Below are positions 50,701-62,286 of a stretch of DNA of 64,000 nt, one piece after another. How positions within the stretch are numbered: position 1 is the stretch's first letter; each line of letters starts with the position of its first letter. The notes under the pieces were generated by a model. It saw only the letters and a list, made by a program, of their open reading frames with translations. It ran no database searches and was not told the origin of the DNA. This DNA comes from Eledone cirrhosa (lineage: Eukaryota): contig OZ024742.1 of NCBI GenBank assembly GCA_964016885.1, positions 317,006,001 through 317,070,000 on the forward strand, read 5' to 3'. The translations under genes and the position numbers were made by a program.

Positions 50701-53147
50701 ACACAATCCCAGCGTGCATCTAAGATCCCGTTCCAGTCGCCCACTAACACTAAAGAGCGGGACGTTCCAAGAAAGGTCTCCAGACGCCGGAAGAAATCAG
50801 GCCGCCCTGCTCCTGTCGGGGCATAGACGGCCACTAACCTGAAAGCTTGGCCGTCTCCGCTGGTCACGTCCAGCACCACCAACTTACCTTCTGGGTCCAG
50901 GAAGATGGCCCGTATGGCAAGATCCAAACCTCTCCGAAAAAGCACAGCAACTCCTCCCCCGATCCCGGACGGCTGGGAGATGCGTACACACTCGTAGCCG
51001 CCGAAGATCGGTGCGAAAGCCTGTGCTTCGGAGATTCTGGTCTCGCTGATGGCCACTACATCTATGTTTAGGGACCTGAGGTCGTTGAGCAGGTGGCCCT
51101 GCTTCCATGACGACCCCAAGCCACGCGCATTTATGCTGCCTATTCTGAGTGAGGTCATGTTGAAAAGGAGTGAAAAAGATGGGAAAGACCACTTACCTTA
51201 CTTCTCGTAGGAGAAGGACGGTTTTTCCATCCTTTTCACTGCTTGTGGCCTCCTCAGGAAGGATGTCCTTATAAATCCTCCTGGAGAGTGCTTGTCGGAA
51301 GTCTCCGATGTCTTTGGGGAATATTTGTTTTAGTGTCATGTACGTTTTCTTTGTGATGCGAGTGATTTGTATGTGTGGAGGTGGTGTGAATTTTGGGGTT
51401 GTTGTGTAGTCTTTTTCTGTGATGCTGGTGTTGTGTTGGATGTAATGTAATAATTGCTTGTTGTTCAAATTTAATGCTGTGTAGTGTGTATCGTTTTGGT
51501 TGTTTTGTTTTGTTTGCGTTTGTTGTGGGTTTGTTTCTGTTTCGCATCTTGGTGACTTTTGTGGTGTAGGTGATTGTGGTGTTGGGGTTAATGATGGTGA
51601 TGGTGTTGGTGTTTGGGTTGATGATGCTGGTGTGGATGGTGGCATATCTGTCCTAACTTTTTTGTTTCTTAATTTATTTGTTTCCCTCTGTATTTTGTTT
51701 TTGGAGGGGGAAGGAAGAGAATTTTTTCTTTTTTGGTTTCTTTTTTTTTTCAGGATATCGTTTCCCACTCCTCGTCGTCACAATCTGTCTCCAGTTGTGA
51801 TAGGCCGGGGAGTGGAAAATCCTCCACAGCCGTTAGTTTTGGTTGTGGCGTGGTGGATGGTGTAGGCGCTGGTGCTAGTTCTGAAGCGTTGGGTGGTGGT
51901 GGTGTTGGTTTTGCTGGTGGTGGTGGTGGTGTTGGTTTTGCTACTGTTGCTGGGGTTGTTGCTGTTATAGTTGCTTTTGTTGTTGCTGCTACAGTTGTTG
52001 CTGCCATCTCTGCTACTGGTGGTGTTGATGGTTGTGTCACTGGGGTGGGTAGGAGAGGTGGCCTCAACCTTTTAGCCTGAGGGCAGAAAGCCCTTAGGTG
52101 GGTTCTTCACCACAAACGACACACCTAGGTCTTCTGCCCTCGACAATTACCGTGAGGTGGCTGCTGTCAGTGAGGTCTATTACCTCTGGGATCTCCTCAA
52201 TGCTTTTTTGGTCCGCTTGGATCAGGAGCTCCATCCCAGATCCGGACCAGTTCTCCTGCTTTTCTTTTGCTATTGCTATTATTTTCGTGTTGGCTTCGAT
52301 GCCGGCGAGGACAGCCGCTATTAGCCAGGGAATTTCGGATGCCCGTTCCACTCGGCGCGATTTTACATTTATTGTTCTATACGACACGGTGCATAGGCGC
52401 CGATGCTCCATTTTATTAGGTGGGGGTTGGGGTGAGGCTGACCCTGTACCCATCTTTCTTTACCATTTGTTTGGCATTTTCTAAATCCTCCTGAGTTACC
52501 GTAAATGCTTCGAACTGTTTTGCTACTCTGGCGAAATTGAGGGGGGGGGGGTTATAATGTCATTGTTGTTGTTGTTGCTATCGTTAATATTAATTTTAGT
52601 TTCAGTTGTGGTGGTGGTGACGTCAGTCGTCTTTGGTGGGGAAGAGTCCATTTTGCTTGATTTCATTTCGACATCACGAGTTAATTTATTTTTTTCTTCT
52701 TTTGTTTCTGTTGTCGCGATTGTGGTGGTGGTGGTGGTGGTGGTGGAGGCTTTAACACCTGCAGTCATTGGTAGTGGCGGGAAATGAATGTCTGCCTGAG
52801 ACAAATTTAAAATATTGCTAGTGCTTATATTTTTTTTTGTGTTGGCAAACGTAGTAACATTTACAATGGTGGTGTCGGTGTGAGGTGTTAATTTGTGAGG
52901 AAGGCTTTCAGCTGCTTCGTGCAGAGGTGAATTAGCCATTTTTTTCAAAGAAATTTTTTTGATAATAATAAAAGTTTAAATTTTGGGCACAAGGCCCCAA
53001 TCTTTTTGGGTGTCCTTTTCGGAAAACAATGTATGTGCGCTTATAAACAGTTAACAATAAAATTTTCCATAAATGACAATTTTTAACAAACGGAATTAAC
53101 AAACCTTTGCGGAGCTCACGATGATACGATTTACTACGTAGGTCGCC
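47777..53147 (-). mobile_element. Tx1 retrotransposon T5: family-A ORF2/3' UTR with a divergent ORF1/5' UTR
   Basis: ORF 49890-51158 (intact APE) and 48821-50215 (RT) are nearly identical to T1/T3. ORF1 pieces 51193-52948 are clearly diverged. (AAT)n on both sides. Confidence 0.92.
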
Positions 53148-53187
<40 letters not shown>

Positions 53188-55912
53188 GAAATAATCAAGC
53201 AAAAATGGTCGGCCAAAGCTGCTCGTATAAGGCGCTTTAAAAAACGATCTAGATTCTATAAGGACAATAATATGTTCAAAAACAACCAAAGAAACTTCTA
53301 CAGAAAAATTGGTAAGTCAACAATAACTGCTAAATCAATACCACCCAAGGAGGAAGTGCAAGAATTCTGGGAAAAGATCTGGGCCGAAGAAAAAGTTCAT
53401 AACATACATGCCCCATGGATAGACAGCCAAATGAAAGATACAGCTCACCTTGAGGAACAAATATGGGAAAATATAACAGTTGAACAGTTGCGCTTGGCTC
53501 TAAGAAAAACCAGCAAATGGAAATCCCCAGGAAAAGACAAAATACAAAACTTTTGGATAAATGCCTTCACAGAGTCTCATGAGCTGTTAGCCCAACTTTA
53601 CAATGAAATAGTTAAGGAGCCAGAAAAGATACCATCATGGCTAGTTAACGGCATTACATTCCTGCTTCCGAAGAATGATGAGACAAACAATCCCCAAAAT
53701 TACAGACCGATAACTTGCTTGACCACAATGTATAAAATTTTAACATCAGTCCTAACTGAATTCACATATGACCACCTGATAACAAATGACCTATTTCCCA
53801 TTGAGCAGAAAGGGTGTAAACGAGGCTCATATGGCTGTAAGGATCAGCTTCTGGTTAACAAAATGATACTGGAAGATTGTCATAATAGACACAAAAATCT
53901 ATCGATTGCTTGGATAGATTATAAAAAAGCATTCGATAGTTTGCCACACAGTTGGATTGAAAAATGTTTAGAGATTTTCAAAATATCCCCCGTTGTCAGG
54001 AGGTTTTTGTCATTCAGTATGAAGACATGGAAAACGACACTCCTTTTGAATAGTGAAACAAAATCACTGGAAGCTGGAGAAGTTAATATTAATTGTGGAA
54101 TTTTTCAGGGTGACTCTTTATCACCGCTTTTATTCTGCATCGCACTTATACCATTAAGTAAAATGCTCAATGAAACAAAACATGGATATAAAGTCTATGA
54201 CAAAACCATTAATCACCTGTTCTACATGGATGACCTGAAACTATTTGCAAAAAATGATGAACAATTGCAAGGGCTATTATCCACTGTGGAGCAGTTCAGT
54301 GATGACATTAAAATGGAGTTTGGACTAGATAAATGCGCCAAAGCAACGTTCACCAGAGGGAAGCTGCTGAAGAGTTCAGACATTAATCTTGATCGGGGCA
54401 ACGTGATAAGAGAACTTGATCAAGAAAAAACTTACAAATATCTAGGTGTTTGTGAAGGAGACGGAATCAAGCACTCGACAAAGAGGGAAAGGATAAGGAA
54501 GGAATGTTACCGCAGAGTAAGAGCAATCTTAAGAACGGAATTGAATGCAAGGAATAGGATCGATGCCATAAACACGCTTGCCATACCAGTAGTAACCTAC
54601 AGTTACAATGTCATCAACTGGTCAAGCACAGAGATCCGTAGGCTCGATACAAAAATTCGAAAATTCTTAACCATGCACAGAATGCATCACCCTAAGGCAG
54701 ATATAGATAGAATATATCTCCCTAGGAAAGAAGGAGGACGTGGGTTAATCCAGTTAGACATTGCGTTGAAAACTGCGACAATTGGATTATCTACATATCT
54801 AAGGGAATCACATGATTGGATGATCAAACTCGTTTTGAAACACGAAAGCATCAAAAGATCATATTCCATTACAAAAGATGCACAAAGATACAGTAATGGA
54901 CTACAAATTTCAGAAGTCCCATTTACTGCTGAAATGGAAAACACAGAAAAAGCAAAGCAGGTAAAAGTAACTGCAAAGAAAGAACTGCTACAGAAACTGG
55001 CTAAGAAATGGCAAGAAAAGCCTCTGTATGGAAAATACCCAGAGCGAGCTAACAATCCTGATGTTGACAAAACTTTAACCCATCAGTGATTGGCATCCTC
55101 TGGACTGAAATCGGAGACTGAAGGACTGATTATATCAGCACAAGATCAGTGTCTGCCAACAAAAAATTACCAAGCCAACATAATAAAAAATGGATGCAGC
55201 CCATTATGCCGTGTATGCAAAAAACAACCAGAGACCATTGACCATATAATTTCAATGTGCAGTCCTATAGCTCCAACCGAATACCTAAACAGGCATGACA
55301 GAGCTGCACAATACATACATTGGATAATGTGTAAGCATTTTGACGTGCCCCATCAAAAGAATTGGTGGGAGCATCAACCACCTCCCATACTTGAAAAATA
55401 TCACATCTCAATCCTGTGGAACTTTAGCATCCAAACAGACCGAAAATAGATGCAAATAGACCTTATATAATATTGAAGGACTTTAAAAAGAGGGTATGCC
55501 TGCTAATTGATATGTCTGTTCCAATAGACAAGAATGTATCTATAAAAACATTTGAAAAATTGAGCAAGTATAAGGACCTGGAGATAGACATTGGAAAATA
55601 GTGGAAATTGAGAACTAAAACAATACCAGTGGTTGTAGGCGCTCTGGGAATGATACCTAAGAGGTCTAATGATTACTTATCGAAAATACCAGGAAACCCG
55701 CGTATAGGAGAAATACAAAAGATAGTACTAATGGGAACTGCCCATATACTAAGGAAGATTCTGTCAATATAAGTACATCACAAGTCTAAACACTAAAGAT
55801 GCATGTGTGAGTATGTATGTTCTTTCTTGAACATGGCAGACCTTGTTGTCTCTTGAGGTCACTGGTTGTGACTTGGTGATAACTCGTATGAACATAAAAC
55901 AAGATAAATGCA
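53188..55912 (+). mobile_element. R4/Dong-like element R5 (family D), 5'-truncated
   Basis: ORF 53272-55089 (605 aa RT, YMDD), then a stop, then CCHC/RLE; same 3' UTR as R2 and R3. Confidence 0.95.
53272..55771 (+). pseudogene. RT-CCHC-RLE polyprotein fragment
   Basis: Complete RT motifs; TGA at 55087-55089 in place of Trp; frameshift near 55445. Confidence 0.9.
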
Positions 55913-55930
55913 ACTGTTATAATAATATAA

Positions 55931-57877
55931 TAGAAGGAGATCAGTGAACAGGCACACCAACAAACTGATTTGAGTATCACAGTTGAAACTCTTAAGGAGC
56001 AGGCCAAAAAACTAACCAACTGGAAATCACCAGGCCCAGATGGTGTGCAGGGGTATTGGATTAAAAACATAACATCCCTCCACCCGAAACTGACAACCAT
56101 GTTCAATGAGGTACCAGAGTGGTTGACAAAAGGTACCACAGTTCTGATAATGAAAGACCGAATCAAGGGTAATGATGTTACCAAGTATAGACCTATTACA
56201 TGTCTGTCCGTAAAGTGGAAACTGTTGACAAGCATTATGTCTGAGGAAATCTGCCATCACCTCCACACAAACAACTTTTTACCGGACGAACAGAAAGGAT
56301 GCCGAAAGAAGTCACGTGGTACAAAGGACCAGTTACTTATTGATAAGATGGTAATGAGGAATTGCAAGAGGAGACACACTGGTCTTGTCATGGGATGGAT
56401 AGACTACAAAAAGGCACTTGACATGGTGCCTCATTCTTGGATCACCAAAAGCCTGGAGATCTTCAAGGTGGCAGATAACATCAGACAGTTGTTGGGCAAG
56501 AGTATGAAGTCCTGGGAAACAAAGTTAACATCAACTGGAGAATCCTTGGGAAGCGTGAAGATCAAGAGAGGTATCTTCCAGGGAGATAGTGTGTCCCCTC
56601 TGTTGTTTGTCCTTGCCCTGATGCCCTTGACCAGTGTACTGCGAAAAGTGAGAGCAGGATACAGGTTGGGAAAGGGAGGGCTTACCATCAATCACCTCCT
56701 CTTCATGGACGACCTTAAGCTCTTCGGGAAAAGTGAGAAGGAGTTGGATGTGCTTGTTGACACTGTCCGTATTTTCAGCAATGATATATGTATGTAATTT
56801 GGTATTAGTAAGTGTGGAGTCATTGTGATGAGGAGGGGTAAGTTGAGCAGAAGTAACGGAATCCAGATACCAACAGGTGAGATGATAAAGGAAATTGACT
56901 CTGAGGAAGGATACAAGTATTTGGGCGTTCTGGAGGCTGATGACATAAAGAACAAAAAAATGAAGGAATTGATAAGAACTGAATATCTTCGGAGAGTAAG
57001 GAGCGTATTAAAGTCACATCTGAACAGTAGGAATGCCATAAGTGCAGTAAATTCCAGAGCTGTGTCTATTATTAGGTACAGTGCGGGAATTCTGAGATGG
57101 AATGTTGCTGAACAAAAAGAAATGGATAGGAAGACTAGGAAGCTATTGACTATCTACAATATGTTCCACAAGAGGAGTGATGTCGATAGACTCTACTTAA
57201 GGAGATCTGAAGGTGGAAGAGGTCTTATCAGCATAGAGGACTGTGTTCAGATGGAGAAACACAACCTACACAAATACGTGACTGATAGTAAGGAGCCAAT
57301 GCTCAGAACTGTACTGAAGGAGGGGACAATAGGCCAGGGGATGTCCAAGGAGGACATAACATCAAGGAGAAAAAGCAGCCTTCAGGAAAAATCCCTTCTT
57401 AGTGCCTTCTTTGAGAAAACTGAATTTAGAGATCCACAGACATGGAACTGGTTGAAAAGAGGAGACCTTAAAAAGGCTACAGAAGGAATGTTAATGGCTG
57501 CGCAGGAGCAGGCCCTCAAAACGAAGTGGTTGAAACACCACATTTACAAGGAGGAATTAACCGATCGAAAATTAACCGATATCGAAAATTAACCGATACC
57601 AGGACTTAAAGTGGGAGGTAAAAAGGATTTGGAACTGCCATAAAGTCAAAGTGATCCCGATTGTCATAGGCGCACTAGGGACTATCTCAAACAGTTTCCA
57701 GGGATGGTTAAAGAAAATTGGCCCCTTCACGCTTTTTGAAACGCTCCAAAAGGCATGCTTGCTGGGAACAGCAAGAACCCTCCGATACGTCCTGAATATC
57801 TGAGGCTGCAGGTAGTGGCTTGATATTCATTTCAACAAACTTTCCAGTTAACTAACATCAGTGACTGAGACTCAAAA
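55931..57877 (+). mobile_element. R4/Dong-like element R6 (family C), 5'-truncated, zinc finger deleted
   Basis: ORFs 55970-56797 (WKSPGPD, YRPITCL, QGDS.SP, FMDD) and 56825-57592; 3' part identical to R1. Confidence 0.93.

Positions 57878-57938
<61 letters not shown>
57878..57938. repeat. (AAT)n, right boundary of retroelement stack 2
   Basis: About 20 units directly visible. Confidence 0.96.
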
Positions 57939-57939
<1 letters not shown>

Positions 57940-58091
57940 GGCCAGGCAATTTTGCCTGTTACACATATATACATATATATATTAAACAAGTAAATATTGC
58001 TGAAAATCAATGGTAACAAGTATTTTCCAGTGGATTGGTGAAATTATTAGAGCATCTAAAAATGATTTGTGTTCTTTGTTACATCTCTTTA

Positions 58092-58160
58092 GATTCTGAG
58101 TTCAACACCTGCCGAGGTCAACTTTGCCTTTCATTCGTTCAGGGTCGATAAAATAATGTG
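58092..58160 (+). mobile_element. SINE fragment
   Basis: ttctgagttcaa...gccgaggtcaactttgcctttcat...ggtcgataaaata. Confidence 0.7.
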
Positions 58161-58619
58161 ACAGTGAAGTTCTTCTTCAATTTAATCGATTACCCATCTA
58201 AATGCTGGCGTTGTTCTAAAATTAAAATCATTATGCTTGTGTTGCCTTAACTTTACTTCTAGAAGATAACAGCTAATAGCTACACAAAGATGTAATTTAG
58301 TTTATATGGGGCGAATATAATAGCAAAATTGGTGGTTATTTAACCTATTTTATTACGAAAAATCTGGATGGAAACTAAAATATCTATATGGAGAAATATA
58401 TTAATTTTAGTAGTTTTAGTTACCCCCGGTTAACCTGAAAAGGGCAGATTAGTCATTGTTCGAAAACATTACACGTTAAATAAATCAAGGTCGATGTGGG
58501 ATTGAAAAGCGACAAAAATAAATCAATAAATAGCGTGCCAAACATACAATTCTGTTCACTAATACATGTTCATTTGCCAATGCTATATACATGTTCATTT
58601 GTCATGCTATATACATCAA

Positions 58620-58686
<67 letters not shown>

Positions 58687-58809
58687 ATCTCATATTATAC
58701 ACACTTCATACATACATATATATATATCATATCATATTATATATATATATAAATACATAATATTTTATCAAATTATACTCTTTCTATTTCTCTTCTTATT
58801 TCTCATTCT

Positions 58810-58850
58810 CCATTCTGAGGAAGGACCGATGTCCGAAGCGTTAAGGTACT
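58810..58850 (+). ncRNA. Degenerate Penelope-type hammerhead motif
   Basis: CTGAGGA-a-ggac-cgat-gtcc-GAAG-cgtt; stem II intact, GAAA mutated, stem I unclear. Confidence 0.35.
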
Positions 58851-59018
58851 TTTCCTATTAAATTAAGCGTTAAAATATATATATATATATATCTTAATTG
58901 TACTATATTGCTTACTGTGGTGTTTTAAGTTTACGTTTGGCATATATATATATATACACAAATATATGTTTATATGTGTGTGTGTGTATGCGCATGTGGT
59001 ATATTATTTATATTTATA

Positions 59019-59205
59019 CAGTGGATTGGCAGTATCGGTAGAGGGTCGGACGCCATGCTTTGACGTATAGAGTTACGGCCCTTGCCATTCTGAGTTCAAA
59101 TCCCGCCGAGGTTAACTTTGCCTTTCATCCGTACGGAGTCGATAAAATAAAGTACCAGTAATGCACTGGGTAATTGCTGGCCTTGTGCTAAACGTAGAAA
59201 CAATT
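59019..59205 (+). mobile_element. tRNA-derived SINE, full copy
   Basis: gtggattggcagtatcggtagag...gagttcaaatcccgccgagg...aagtaccag...ggccttgtgc; homolog of 43605-43792. Confidence 0.85.
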
Positions 59206-59646
59206 ATTTATATTTATACATGTGTGTGTGTAATTATGTGTGAGTTTATTCTCTTGTTGCCATCATCTCCTCTATCGCACTTATATCGATTCAGCACAGC
59301 TGTTTGGTTTCTAAACAGTAAGTGTTTGCATTGTTTCTGTTTACCTCAGTGAATATTTGCTTCACACATCCCTTACACTTACGCTTTCTCAAGACAGACC
59401 TTTTCTAAATATATGTGAGTGGGATAGAAATATCAGTTTTGTTTTCCATCTAACTATCTCTGAATACATCTCGCCCGATCACCTCGCATATATGTCTAGA
59501 ATGTTTTCTCTTTAGATGAGCAAATGGGTAAATATGTTTGCTTTGTATTAAATATTTATGACTTACCTCTCCTTGTGGATGTTTTACTGAGAATAAACAT
59601 GTGAGCATTATAAGCTGAAGATATTTAAGAAATAAGGAAAAGTGAC

Positions 59647-59666
59647 CACACACGCACGCACACACC

Positions 59667-59750
<84 letters not shown>

Positions 59751-59881
59751 TATATATATTATATACATATATACACATATATATATATATTATATATATA
59801 CATATATATATATTATATATATTATATACATATATACATATATATATATATACATATATATATACATATATATATACATAC

Positions 59882-59966
<85 letters not shown>

Positions 59967-60018
59967 TATTATATATATATACATATATATACATATATAT
60001 TATATATATATATATATT
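59647..60018. repeat. Compound (CA)n/(TA)n microsatellite
   Basis: Directly visible. Confidence 0.95.
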
Positions 60019-60789
60019 AGAATTGGTGCTCTGAAATAGCGACATATATATGAATGTATATATAGTGTATTTTGCAATACACTGTATGGTTAATTAAAAG
60101 CATTTTGAAGACCATACGCCATTGTTTTAAAGTAGCGACATTGTCGCTTACTTAAACTTTCGGCAGGCAGGGGGAGATAAGTTGACAGCGTTGTTTCGTA
60201 CTGATTGGTACTTGTCAAAACTCAGTATTCCCTCTGTCTGCCCAAAATTATGTATGCTGGATTCTTATAGAATTCCAGTAACAATCAAGAACTGATGATG
60301 ACAATTATAATTATAATTATAATTATAATAATAATGATGATGTTGATAATGTGATATCATAATAGATCCAAGTGGTACAATCTGGGTTATGGAATAGATA
60401 AGATGGAATTAATCTAGTCTAAAGTTCTCAATTTTAGTCGCCGATTTATGTCGACAAAAATTTTTTTTTCAATTTTACTGTTAAAAAGAATTTTGTTGTA
60501 ATTTAAAATTTGGAAACCTATTGTTGAGTCACACTATCCATAATAAGAAGTATTTACAACCTCTAATTGGATTACCTATAACGATATTTTGTTATCCTTT
60601 ATATGTATATATATATAAGATCAAATTGTGTAATATTTTTGTATTTGTTATATATTTGAAATATAGACATACTTTCTGCACAACATGGGTTTAGATTCCA
60701 GTCTTCAGTATGGCATTTATTCTTCATATGTTAAATATATATGTAATCTTGATAATATTGATCTATTTCATCAAAAATGTTTCACACAC

Positions 60790-60824
<35 letters not shown>

Positions 60825-60865
60825 TATGTATATTTGTGTATCTATATCGATCTTATATATATATA

Positions 60866-61256
60866 TATATTAATAAAAGGAATTCCAACTTTGTCTGATT
60901 TACTCGTTTTATTTACAATTCTTTAAAATTTATAATGGTATTAGAACGAAATAGTATGGTAGAATATTAAATGTTAAGTGTTAATTGAACAAGTACTTTC
61001 ATGCTTTCGCAATCTTCAGGATCATAATGTGTGGTGACAGTCAAGTTTACAATTTTCAACAGTTGAAAATTGCAAACTTTACTGTCACCACAGATTTTGA
61101 ACCTGAAGATTGCGAAACCATGAAAATACTTGTTCAATTAACACTTAACATTTAATATTCTACCATACTATTTCGTTCTAATACCATTATGAATTTTAAA
61201 GGATTCTAAATAAGACGAGTAAATCAGACAAAGTTGGAATTCCTTTTATTAATATA
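60866..61256. mobile_element. ~390-bp palindrome (centre ~61061): inverted Penelope pLTR footprint with one hammerhead per arm
   Basis: Arms are reverse complements with essentially no spacer (ttttcaac-a-gttgaaaa); flanked by TA repeats. Confidence 0.8.
61097..61137 (+). ncRNA. Type I minimal hammerhead ribozyme motif (mirror copy 60985-61025, minus strand)
   Basis: Two-arm consensus: TTGAAC-CTGAAGA-t-TGC-gaaa-GCA-t-GAAA-GTAC-TT-GTTCAA. Confidence 0.7.
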
Positions 61257-61308
61257 ATCTTCTATACACAATCATACACACCCGTGTATATTTATCTATC
61301 TCTCTCTC

Positions 61309-61320
61309 TATATATATACA

Positions 61321-61368
<48 letters not shown>

Positions 61369-61521
61369 TACACTCATATATATATATATATATATACACT
61401 CATATATATATATATATATATACACACTCATATATATATATATATATATATACACTCATATATATATATATATATATGTGTGTGTGTATATGCATATATA
61501 TATATACATATGTATATATAT

Positions 61522-61572
<51 letters not shown>

Positions 61573-61671
61573 CACACACATATATATATGCATATATATA
61601 TACATATATATATATACATATATATACATGCATATATACACATACACACACACTCATATATATACACACAT

Positions 61672-61764
<93 letters not shown>

Positions 61765-61770
61765 CATATA
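61309..61770. repeat. TA-rich compound microsatellite with recurring cactca(ta)n units
   Basis: Directly visible. Confidence 0.9.
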
Positions 61771-61934
61771 TATTGCTTTATAGTTCCTAAATTCATCAAA
61801 CATGCATATGTATACATGCATAGATACATACGTATCACTCCCAACCACATATGTATATATACACAAATACTTACGCAGGTATAAATGTGTGCGGTAAGGG
61901 AACGAGAATAACTGAACAAAGGCAATGTACATTG

Positions 61935-62012
<78 letters not shown>

Positions 62013-62064
62013 ATATATATATACATGTATATATACATATATATATATACACACACACATATAC

Positions 62065-62118
<54 letters not shown>

Positions 62119-62286
62119 CAATGTACATTGCCTTCGTTTAGTTATCCTCGTTCCCTTACCGCACACATTTATACCTGCGTAAGTATTTGTGTATATATAC
62201 ATATGTGGTTGGGAGTGATACGTATGTATCTATGCATGTATACATATGCATGTTTGATGAATTTAGGAACTATAAAGCAATATATA
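61766..62286. repeat. ~520-bp palindrome: ~170-bp unique arms around mirrored (CA)n(TA)n/(TA)n(TG)n microsatellites
   Basis: tattgctttatagttcc...gtacattggcacac is the reverse complement of gtgtgccaatgtac...ggaactataaagcaata, with very few mismatches. Confidence 0.9.

Noticed and set aside
20987-57938. Stack as a telomeric retrotransposon array or a simple segmental duplication
   Set aside because: No telomeric repeats and ordinary DNA on both sides. Copies differ in family, order, truncation points and private deletions.
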